Source: Octopus bimaculoides
Taxonomy: Eukaryota
Reading direction: 5' to 3'
Length of the DNA: 35,787 nucleotides
NCBI RefSeq assembly: GCF_001194135.2
Contig: NC_068995.1
Span: 22,761,840-22,797,626 of the forward strand
Positions 12,712-22,799 of this stretch are shown here, piece by piece; within the stretch, counting starts at the first letter, position 1, and each line of letters opens with the position of its first letter. The position numbers were made by a program, and so were the translations under genes. Under the pieces are notes generated by a model, which saw only the letters and a list, made by a program, of their open reading frames with translations, was not told the DNA's origin and did not search any database.

Positions 12712-13523
12712 GGATCCTTGTGATTTGACGGGCAACATTTTTTTTTTTGTAGTGTTTTTGGTACCGAAATACTTTCAAACTTCGAATACTTGTATATTTT
12801 GTGTTATAGAACAGAAAAAAAATTTTGTATTCGATGTTATTTCACATTAAAAATTGTCTTATTTCGATAATTTCAACCAATCACTGACGTCTATTCAGTT
12901 GAATACAGTTAGTGCTGTGACGGTGTATATGGTATTAATCCCCGTTAGTTCTGACATTTTCGATTAACTAGACTGTTCGTAAACACGTGTTTTGATTAGC
13001 TTATTTCGTTTGTCACTGTTATTTATGACATCGTTCGTGCGTTTGTACTGGTGTTAGCTTTAGGGTTTTAGGGTTAGGGTTCGGGTTTTAGAGTTAGGGT
13101 TAGTTTTACGATTACGGTTAGTGTTATGCTTATTTTTGCCATAACCTTAACTCTAACCCTATAACTCATAACCATAACCCTAACCTTAACCCTAACCCCA
13201 ACCCTAACTTTAAAACTCTAACCCTAAAACCCGAACCCTAACTCTAAAACCCTAGACCCTTACTAGGGAATAATGATATAATTAAACAGGGAATAACACA
13301 CTTGACACCGATCAGCACTAACTCTATTCAGCTGAATAGACGTCAGTGATTGGTTGAAATTACAGAAATACGACAACTTTAACATGAAATAACTTGCGAT
13401 GTACAATTTTTGTTAAGAAGGTTAAGAGAAGAAGTTGTTTTATATGACACATTCTACCAGTGTCCCACGTTTGAAAGTATTTCGTTAAGAAAACAAGTGT
13501 TGCCCGTCAAATCACAAAGATCC
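12712..13523. mobile_element. Non-autonomous foldback DNA transposon with 8-bp TSD (hAT-like)
   Basis: Termini GGATCcTTGTGATTTGACGGGCAACA...TGTTGCCCGTCAAATCACAAaGATCC. The arms stay homologous for about 220 bp (e.g. aatttcaaccaatcactgacgtctattcag). Perfect TACTTTAC flanks at 12704-12711 and 13524-13531. No ORF. Confidence 0.85.
13059..13260. repeat. Degenerate telomere-like arrays, (TTAGGG)-type then (CCCTAA)-type, in inverted orientation
   Basis: tttagggttttagggttagggttcgggttttagagttagggtt at about 13059-13103, then taaccctaaccttaaccctaaccccaaccctaac...aaacccgaaccctaactctaaaacccta at about 13141-13260. Confidence 0.9.
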
Positions 13524-14738
13524 TACTTTACAGTTGCAATGACTGGTCTGCTTTTGCTCTAGATCCTCTTGGTTTCCTAGGTATAGATATGAGTAGGAAC
13601 AACAATAAACTATGATTTAGTGTTCCTACTACGTATTGCGTTGTAGCTCCTGCTATTTTTCTCAGTTGCCCTCACATCTATCGATCTACCATCTTTCCTA
13701 AGTTTTCTATCCATAGGTGTTTGTTGACTGGTATTTCTAGCGAATCCCGTGCCTTGTCTTGTGGATATAGATGCTTGTGTTGAAGTAGTCTTCCCTCAAC
13801 TGCTGACCCTTGCCTGAAAATAAAATACGTTTCAAGAACTATACTTGAAAGTAAGCTTAATAGGTACCCATATACTACAATATAGAAAGCCTGTCAAAAC
13901 ACTAACACACATTCTGACTTGACTAGATAGAACCCTAACTTTAGCTATTAACTTATGTGAAATCTTGATAAACCACACTAGTTTACACACAGATCAGATT
14001 TCAGATTCAAAACAATCTCTACTTCCCCACGAACTCTTACCAATAAACAACTAACTTAATACAGTTCGCTTCACGCCAAGCTGATTGAAAAACTCTGAAT
14101 GAAGCTGCACATGAAACAATGCTTGGTTGCATATGGAACTGCACATACTCTATGCAGTGGAAACACGTGTAGGTCGTCGTAATCATAAACATATGTTGTA
14201 TGACATTGTTCAATAAAAGAAATAAATTTTGCGAATGTACCAGTCTGCATATTCTCTATCAATGTAATTGTTGATAATATACACTTCAGATAATGCTACT
14301 GTCCAGTGAAGAGAACACTGATGAATATACAGCGTGAATTACTCCCAATACTAATAGATGTTAAATAGTTTTCGATGCGGTCAGTCGTAATCTCGAACAC
14401 AGTTGAGAGTTACCACGGTATCCGATTGGATTGTATGTCCCTCTAAACTCTAAACTCACTTCAGCAATGTAGCTAAACGCGGTCCGTTGACGATTCCTTC
14501 TTCTCTTTTTTCTTTCGACATTGAACTTTCTCCTTTCCGACAAAGAGCTACGATCGAAACGTTAAGCTGTCTCCTTTCATCGAGTGTCAAGTTAATATAC
14601 TTCTTGTGTAAGTCCTCACTCATGTTAGTTGTTTTTTTCTTTTTTCTTTCTTTATCCGTTTATTTGAATTGACTACATATACGTGCGTGTATATATATAT
14701 ATACATACATGCATACATACATACATATNNNNNNNNNN

Positions 14739-15640
14739 ATAAACTTAGACAAACTTAGATATGTTTCAACCAAAGATTGGTCCAGACCATATCTAACTTA
14801 ATAGCACCACCTGATAGGATTATCTAAATCCTTTTTACAGTCAAGTTTTGTTTATGGTCCATTCAAGTAGTGAGTACTTGTCGAGTGAGTTGTATCAGGT
14901 ATGGGTGGTTTATCTGGTATTCCTTGAAGAAATCTGTCTAGACTCTGTTTAAAGTTGATAGTATCTTTTCCTTCTTTTATCTGTTTTGGGACAATGTTAA
15001 ACAGGGCAGGGCTTGTTGAGGAAAATAAATTATGCTGCAGTGTACCTATATGTTGTGATCCTGAATTGGGCAGGGGACGTATGGCCCGTGGTCCCAGCCT
15101 TGAATGAACCTTGAAACTAACGTTCCGGTCGTTTGGGCAATGCTGGCGGTATATTCTCCACATTATACAAATGATGTGCCGCTCTCGGCAGCCCTGAAGA
15201 GAATACAGCTTCAAGGCTTTAAGGCTGTCCCAGTAATCGAGATCAGTCATACCTTCAATTCGTTTAGTGAGCGCCCTCTGGGGTGATTCAATCCTCGAGA
15301 TGTTTTGTTTTGTATGGGGAGACGACATGGGGCAGCAGTATAGCCATTGGAAGATATGTCCATGGCATCAACTGAAAAGGAATCACGGAAGAAGATAGCT
15401 GCCCCCACCCCTTATTTCGGTCTGTACGATCTGCGCGGACGATGGTGAAATCTTTTATTTTTACTTCGGCATCCATATGTGTGCTGTTTAGGAGAGTTTC
15501 AGTGAGGATAAAGAAAGGGAAGCAATGTGCCGTTTCGTCAAGCCAACTCTTCCTAAATGGGATCTTCCATTTTTGGGCAATGATTGATGGACTGATACCA
15601 CGTACATTTAACAGGAATGTCGAGGTAAGAGTAGTTTGAA
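14739..15640 (-). mobile_element. CR1-clade LINE remnant with a large internal deletion (APE N-terminus joined to the post-RT C-terminus and 3' tail)
   Basis: Minus strand: FLLNVRGI...FILTETLL...DAEVKIKDFTIVRADRTDRNKG (APE endonuclease), then directly YCCPMSSPH...IESPQRALTKRIEGM..LDYWDSLKALKLYSLQ..RER...FKQSLDRFLQGIPDKP. Ends in a tandem tail (tctaagtttg/a)x2 at 14739-14760. Confidence 0.9.
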
Positions 15641-16959
15641 GTTTGCATTGTTCTAAGTTATTTGTAACTTTAATGAAGTTACAAATTTAAATGATGATAG
15701 AAGCATTTATCGCGCATGGAAGAATACTAACCTCAGATGTTTTGAGTTAATTATTTACTCCGACCCTTTACTTTGTTACCAATTGCATTGTGAACACAGG
15801 ACCCCCCCCCCATCCCCACTGCGTTAACGGAAACTTAGAAACTTTGTAACTGAAATCTTTATAACAAACAAAAGGAAATCAAACAGTGAGTATTGATCCC
15901 TATAAATTCGATAATTTATTGACGTGTATCAAAGCTGCTGAAATCTATCTTGCGCACAGGCTCATACCAGTGATACACATGAATCTATTGTATCAAATAC
16001 ACAGCAACACAACGGATATTTATCTTGCAACGCATTCAAACACATATATTGTTTATGGGTAAGTTATAATTTATAGGAATCAAACTCTATGTGATTCCAG
16101 TCACATAGTTAATTCGACCTGGCCGCAATGTATGGTTGGAAAGATTCAACTGGAATCGAGCCTTTATATTAGTATTGGCTTTACTGGTGATTGCCATAAA
16201 TCTTAGGTACGTTAATGGTAAAGAATGACTGATTATTATTCATTTATTTATGATGGAGGCATATGCTGAAGGCGGCAAAAAACAATTTCAGTTTTATTGA
16301 TACGATTTAAAGCTGATTCTTCTGACAGTAAACAAAAGAAATGAAGAAAATACTGATTATTTTTGTTTTCTGAACGTATTACTCCCTTGTATAATTTACA
16401 TGACATTTCTTTAGAGTTGTACATTAAAAAAAAATCACTCTCTCCTATAATACATTTCCAAATATATCTGCTTAGACCAATGCTTGGCATATATGATCTG
16501 CATAGCAACGTTCTTTATTCTAACACAGATCACACATTCAGAATATCGGAAAATCTTATCAATCAACATCTGCTTGTTATTTTCCAAACTTTTGTTAAAA
16601 ACGACCGACAGAGTTTGACAATAAACATGTCACATTCTCATTTCTATATTTTTTTTTTGTTTTTTGTTTTTTCGCTATGCAATTCCTCACTAACTCAATA
16701 TGAAACAAGCACAACCACCACAAAAAATATTGAGATTTCTATAACAATCAAAAGCAATTGGTGGAGACATGAGTGCAGCAAACTTCGAGGTTTCCGCTGA
16801 CCTTTGCACTACTTCCATTTCACAACACAAGTCATTCAGTGTATTTCATTGTTTTTCATTTATCATATTGTAATGAGTCAATAGGCATTGTTATTCTTTC
16901 TATTTACTAAGTTTATTGATTGGTAGTTTTGACAAATTTTGTATGTGTGAAACTTTTAG

Positions 16960-17063
16960 ACGAGTTGACGGAAGTGCCATGCTTCGGCATAGAGTTTACT
17001 GATTTCCAAATTCGTCTAGTTTACAACCATGGTACACAGCTGGTGTTTGCAGATATTTTATGT
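16960..17063 (+). CDS. Candidate isolated internal exon of an unknown gene
   Basis: aacttttag|AC GAG...TTA TGT|gtaagt: consensus donor, 104 nt, only one frame open: (D)ELTEVPCFGIEFTDFQIRLVYNHGTQLVFADILC. Protein not recognised. Confidence 0.35.
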
Positions 17064-17726
17064 GTAAGTTTAGCGTGTTTGCGGGTGCGTATGCGTGTGC
17101 GAGTGTATTTTCTTTTATTATGCCATACATTTTATCAGGAAACTGGAAAGATGACTGGCTTTAAAGGAAGAGCAGAAAAATTCTTCGTTGGGAAATCTGA
17201 ACAATACTAAATAATAAAAACACATTTTGTTTCAACTAATGCTGTTCTTATGTACAAATATATATTCCATGATAATGGATGGGGAAAAGATAATTGGTAT
17301 ATTAAAATATATATTCTGCAGATATTAATGTTTTTATTATAAAAATGGAAGTTTATGTATAGGAAAACTACTAGACTTCTCATCTATAATGACTTATTTC
17401 AGATTCCATTATTACTATAACGTTATGTTGACAATATTTAGTTTTCTGAACATTAATTTTGAACTGCGGTTCTGATCCACAAAAGCATTTCTACTAGAGA
17501 ATACTAAAATTTACTTTATATTTCTGCACATGTCTAAGTATTTGTGACAGGGAATATTACTTGTTGTATAATTGATATTTAAACAATTAAACCTAATAAC
17601 AGATTGATATGGGTTCACTAGAATTAGAAATCAACCACTAAATACTGTTTAATTTAAAAACTGTCAGTAGTGAGTCAATCTCTTGCCAACTAATGCCTGC
17701 GGGTGAATGGCATTACAGTTTTAAAA

Positions 17727-17800
17727 ATGTTGAAATTCTATTTTCATCGGTGAAAAAAGAAACAGAGATGTTCAAATTCTATTTTCATCCATGAACAAAA
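17727..17800. repeat. 41-bp-period tandem duplication
   Basis: atgtt(g/c)aaattctattttcatc at 17727 and 17768. Confidence 0.85.
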
Positions 17801-18224
17801 TATATAAACTAGTTAAATATCATAAGTATGTTGGCTAAAACATATGAAACATTCTTCAAATATTTATTTCACAATTTATTTAACAAAATTTATCTTACGC
17901 ATTGGTTACAGATGAAACTACAGCATATTGGCATAATTTTACCTTTGTCAACTCTATTTGAGGCAAAATTAAGAGATAATAATGCCTAAAAACAACTGTA
18001 TATCACAATCCTTTAATTGATAAATAAAAACATTGCATCATTGTAAAGAATACGTTTTCGNNNNNNNNNNNNNNNNNNNNNNNNNNNNNNNNNNNNNNNN
18101 NNNNNNNNNNNNNNNNNNNNNNNNNNNNNNNNNNNNNNNNNNNNNNNNNNNNNNNNNNNNNNNNNNNNNATATATATATATATATACATATACACACAAT
18201 TGACAATTGAAACGGAAGATAGAT

Positions 18225-18395
18225 TTTAGTATGAAAATTTATTCAGCACGACGATCGTTTCGACCCATTCTACAAGATTGGAACTACACATGCGCATCTG
18301 GTTGCGTCGCATCAATCAGTGCAGGCTGGGTCACTTCAGGTGCTTAATATAGAAAAATATATCCCAGTTATACTCAGATTTCCTTGGCATGTTCT
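18225..18395 (-). mobile_element. Short repeat unit carrying the hammerhead (Penelope pseudo-LTR-like), left copy
   Basis: Homologous in inverted orientation to 18832-19010, from agaacatgc through gatcgtcgtgctg. AATAAA follows the ribozyme. Confidence 0.6.
18239..18350 (-). ncRNA. Type I hammerhead ribozyme-like fold (core variant CUGAAGU, 59-nt loop II)
   Basis: Minus strand: AGCAC (18344-40) / CUGAAGU / GACCCA...UGGGUC (6-bp stem II) / GAAAC-GAUC-GUC (palindromic stem III) / GUGCU (18249-45, pairs with AGCAC). Predicted cleavage between 18250 and 18249. Confidence 0.7.
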
Positions 18396-18831
18396 GGCTA
18401 GTTGTACGTTGGTATTCAGACAGAGGATAAGTTTCACGTTGAAGATTAAAACTGTCGAAGTAAGTTAAGACTAAGAAAGATGTGTACCCACTCTTTGATA
18501 TGAACACACACGCACACACACACATATAGAGAGAGACATACACAAATACATACACACACGCACGCATGTCTCTAATTGGATGTTGTTTTATGTGGTTGTA
18601 ATCTATCAAGATAGTTTTATTAATGGCGGACAACTAGCGAGATAACAATCTCGCGTACTGCTATCTCGCGCACCCAGTCAGACATAGATGACTGGTCGTT
18701 AGGATATTTGTTGGGTGAACACGCACACGTTCAGCAGTATTTGTTTATATACATAAGCACACGCTGATGTATACATTTATCTTCCCTTTTCTTTTTAGTT
18801 TTAGCTTTCTATGTTTACTTTATTAGAAAAA

Positions 18832-19010
18832 AGAACATGCGAAGGAGATCTCAGTATATCTAGTGATATATTTTTTCTACACCAAGCACCTGAATTAATA
18901 GGGTCTGCATTGATTGATGCCACGCAACCAGATGTACAATGTCCTACCCCCATGGACAGATACAGGATGGGTCAAAACGATCGTCGTGCTGGTCAATGAT
19001 TCATAATAAA
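18832..19010 (+). mobile_element. Same repeat unit, right copy, with a decayed hammerhead
   Basis: aagcac-ctgaatt...tgggtc-aaaac-gatc-gtc-gtgctg followed by AATAAA. GAAAC is changed to AAAAC and the 5' strand of stem II is disrupted. Confidence 0.65.
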
Positions 19011-19355
19011 TCTGTCATCCGCTTCCTTTATCCACTATAAACTCAAAAAACACTGCGGATTCCTGACGTAGATCCAGTGAAAATTATATCGTTATTGTGA
19101 GCGGTATAAGCCGAAACTGTGAATGTGCTTTAAACGACATATTAATAGACATATAGCTAAAGTCCAAGTAGTTGTATGTATGTATGTATGTATGTATGTA
19201 TGTATGCATGTATGTATGTATGTATGTATGCGAGCAAAAAGAAAGCAAAGATGAAAACTTTCAGACAATGAATATTCAAGTATGAATATATAGATGTTAA
19301 CATTAATAGATCAAACTTACATAGAGTATAAATGACAAAGAACATTGAAGGATTA

Positions 19356-19568
19356 AGGTATTATAACTTGAACAGCTCTTTCTTGGGTCTCGGATATCCA
19401 TCATAATGTTAGTCAATGTAGTTCACCAAAATATGCAGGCCATAAGGGAATCAAAGAAGATATTTTCTAATCTGATGCTTACGGCCTTCATATTTTGGTG
19501 AACTACATTTGCCAACATTATGATAGATCTCCGAGCCCCAAGAAAGTGGTGTTGGACTTATAGCACCT
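19356..19568. mobile_element. 213-bp hairpin MITE with TA flanks (Tc1/mariner-type)
   Basis: TA|AGGT...ACCT|TA. Arms of about 90 bp are largely complementary (ctttcttgggtctcgg...gttcaccaaaatatg vs catattttggtgaac...ccgagccccaagaaag). Confidence 0.8.
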
Positions 19569-19785
19569 TACCTCTTCCCCTTTACTTTTCTCTCTCATTT
19601 CATTTGTATTTTGTTAAAGTGTTATCTATATGGGGCTGTTGATGACGGGGGTGTTTTAGATTGTTGGTATTGCATGAACCTCATTGAGGATATCGGAGTT
19701 CTTAAAACAAAGTCAACGTTTTACAGTGAAAAACTGCTTCACATGTGCTTTGGAAATAACCTAATTTATGTGTTAACTTTCTCAG

Positions 19786-19952
19786 GGTGTCAAGAGCAAC
19801 ATAGATTCCAGATGAAAATTCTGGAATACCGAAAAATAGCATTTAACGAACGCATCGACATTTGCGCCACTAACAAACAACTCAGCTTCAGAATTTCCCC
19901 CCTCGATAAATTCAGGGGCGATGCAACATATAATCAGCGCATTGTCAAATAG
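19786..19952 (+). CDS. Candidate terminal exon of an unknown gene
   Basis: Good acceptor (gttaactttctcag|); one frame is open for 54 codons to TAG (CQEQHRFQMKILEY...NQRIVK*). No recognised homology. Confidence 0.2.
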
Positions 19953-20195
19953 TCATATTTTATCGCATAATATAAACCCCTTTTGAATGCTTCCACTAGA
20001 GATAACTAAATACAAGGGCCTTAGAATAATACCCACACAAATATTAAAAACGATATATTCAGAACAGTCAGAACCCATGAATTTATTCTGAACAATTCCA
20101 ATCAAGACTGCTATCAACACAACAGGTGACTTTTAGGAAACCTGATCATTAAAGAAGACTCTACCAAAAGTCTACTACTGTCATACCACTCCAGC

Positions 20196-20228
20196 CTTCT
20201 TCTTCTTCTTCTTCTTCTTCTTCTTCTT

Positions 20229-20259
<31 letters not shown>

Positions 20260-20421
20260 TTCTTCTTCTTCTTCTTCTTCTTCTTCTTCTTCTTCTTCTT
20301 CTTCTTCTTCTTCTTCTTCTTCGTCTTCTTCTTCTTCTTCTTCTTCTTCTTCTTCTTCTTCTTCTTCTTCTTCTTCTTCTTCTTCTTCTTCTTCTTCTTC
20401 TTCTTCTTCTTCTTCTTCTTC
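20196..20421. repeat. (TTC/GAA)~75 trinucleotide microsatellite
   Basis: 226 bp with two single-base interruptions; source of the poly-Arg ORF. Confidence 0.98.
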
Positions 20422-20830
20422 GCTGTCCCCTTCCTCGGCTACTGCTGCTTAAACAAGCAAAATCCAGAACCAATATTTCTTCAGATCTGCTACTACCTAC
20501 CAACCGAGCCTTCACAAAAGTAAAAGAAAGGAAACTGGAAAAAGGGAAATATCCCACGTATTTGAAAGCTGTGCAAATATTTTAAAAAAACATTTCATTT
20601 AATGTTTCCGCAATTTAATTGTTTTTCATGCTTTTTGAGTTGAAAACGTCGCAAAGACTGAAACCGGTACTAAAATGATCTACATGATAAAATTATTTTA
20701 GCATTTTCTACCTTGGCCTATATTTTTATACATATCAACTCGCTCGTTACTTTTCAACNNNNNNNNNNNNNNNNNNNNNNNNNNNNNNNNNNNNNNNNNN
20801 NNNNNNNNNNNNNNNNNNNNNNNNNNNNNN

Positions 20831-20865
<35 letters not shown>

Positions 20866-20874
20866 ATATATATA

Positions 20875-21402
20875 TAGGGTGTCCGTAAAGTATGGGTACA
20901 TGGAGTAAATAAAATCATAACATAAACAATTAAATATAAGCAATAATAACATGTTGAAAGACAAATTAATACCTCAAATTGAGCGTCTAGGCGAGCGACT
21001 TCCGAACTGGTTTCAGCAGGATGGGGCCCCTGCCCATTTTGCTACAATTGTTAGAGAATGACTTAATGACACTTTTCCTCACTGGATTGCAAGAAGGGGT
21101 CATGTGGAATAGTTTCCTCGTTCACCAGACCTTACTCCCCTTGACTTATTTTTCTGGGGTGTGTTGAAATAGAAAGTTTACTCAATAAATATTACAGATT
21201 TAGAGCACATGAGAGAACGCATTACCAGTCAGTGTGATGAAATTGATGGCAATGTAGAGTTATTTAATCGAGTTCACCTGAATTTTGCAAGGCGCATCAT
21301 GTTATGCAATGGAAATGACGGAAATCATTTTGAAAATATTATTTATTAACATTATAATTAAATAGAAATGTTTTGTTTTAAAAGTATGTGTTAATCCCGT
21401 GT
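20875..21402 (+). pseudogene. Tc1/mariner transposase remnant, DD41D (rosa)-like, internally deleted
   Basis: One frame, 20951-21349, with three stops: WFQQDGAPAHFATIVRE*LNDTFPHWIARRGHVE*FPRSPDLTPLDLFFWGVLK...GNHFE*. About 40 residues separate the second and third catalytic D. A TIR-like TAGGGTGTCC follows (TA)n at 20875. No matching right TIR is seen before the gap. Confidence 0.9.
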
Positions 21403-22084
21403 NNNNNNNNNNNNNNNNNNNNNNNNNNNNNNNNNNNNNNNNNNNNNNNNNNNNNNNNNNNNNNNNNNNNNNNNNNNNNNNNNNNNNNNNNNNNNNNNNN
21501 NNNNNNNNNNNNNNNNNNNNNNNNNNNNNNNNNNNNNNNNNNNNNNNNNNNNNNNNNNNNNNNNNNNNNNNNNNNNNNNNNNNNNNNNNNNNNNNNNNNN
21601 NNNNNNNNNNNNNNNNNNNNNNNNNNNNNNNNNNNNNNNNNNNNNNNNNNNNNNNNNNNNNNNNNNNNNNNNNNNNNNNNNNNNNNNNNNNNNNNNNNNN
21701 NNNNNNNNNNNNNNNNNNNNNNNNNNNNNNNNNNNNNNNNNNNNNNNNNNNNNNNNNNNNNNNNNNNNNNNNNNNNNNNNNNNNNNNNNNNNNNNNNNNN
21801 NNNNNNNNNNNNNNNNNNNNNNNNNNNNNNNNNNNNNNNNNNNNNNNNNNNNNNNNNNNNNNNNNNNNNNNNNNNNNNNNNNNNNNNNNNNNNNNNNNNN
21901 NNNNNNNNNNNNNNNNNNNNNNNNNNNNNNNNNNNNNNNNNNNNNNNNNNNNNNNNNNNNNNNNNNNNNNNNNNNNNNNNNNNNNNNNNNNNNNNNNNNN
22001 NNNNNNNNNNNNNNNNNNNNNNNNNNNNNNNNNNNNNNNNNNNNNNNNNNNNNNNNNNNNNNNNNNNNNNNNNNNNNNNNNNNN

Positions 22085-22136
<52 letters not shown>

Positions 22137-22764
22137 TTATATATATATAGTGCAAGAGAGTTAGGGGTGGAGGATTCAACCCACTAAGGGATAGTATCTA
22201 TCCAATATACTGCTAGCAGCGTACCCAATTAGTGTTACACTAGTGTTATAGCAAGTGTAATAAGTGGGTGCGGGTAAAAGAGGGTTAGTTTGCCCTAAAT
22301 GTATATAGTAATAAGAAAATGAAGGAGAATATGCGGTATCTGTCGAATTGCAGACAGTGTATTCCATTGAATTAATTTGTTTATTTTGTAACTAAAATGA
22401 AAAAAACCCACAATATACAGATGCTTATGACATACCATGCCATATTAACAATTAAGGTTACAAGTACAAAGTACATTTAGGAATTGCTAAATGTACTTAT
22501 TTACTTTCTTATTGCTATATATACAAGAGGTATTGATACATAGAAGGCCCAAAGAGTAGCAGGTAACGCTAAGTAAGTGGTGTGGACAGACCGTAGTTAA
22601 ACTCTTGGTTCGATAGTGATAAGAGTGAGGAGTCTAATGTGGGCCTTGTATTAACATGCATATATATATATTAGACAAAATGAGGTAACAAAACCAAGGC
22701 AGTGAGGAGTTTTCAGGACATTTATAAGGAAAAAGATATAGATATATAGCATATATAATATATG

Positions 22765-22799
<35 letters not shown>

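Noticed and set aside
13059-13260. True chromosome end-to-end fusion scar
   Set aside because: The arrays are short and embedded symmetrically in a TSD-flanked element, so they arrived with the element.
13530-13813. Exon candidates beside the foldback element on either strand
   Set aside because: There is a good minus-strand acceptor near 13814, but all frames stop before a strong donor; the plus-strand acceptor is partly made by the TSD.
17000-17063. Gypsy RNase H-like end (LVYNHGTQLVFADIL)
   Set aside because: The upstream residues do not match the expected RLQRW/ML context and there is no other LTR-element sequence nearby.
20114-20557. Poly-arginine, protamine-like ORF
   Set aside because: It is the translation of the (GAA)n microsatellite.
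21059-21173. Transposase stops at Trp positions (TGA, TAG) that A-to-I editing could recode
   Set aside because: TGG-to-stop is the commonest nonsense change, a third stop is not at a Trp position, and the N-terminal half of the gene is deleted.
22543-22646. AAGGCCCA...TGGGCCTT possible mini-MITE
   Set aside because: Only 8 bp of terminal complementarity and no clear TSD; compatible with chance.
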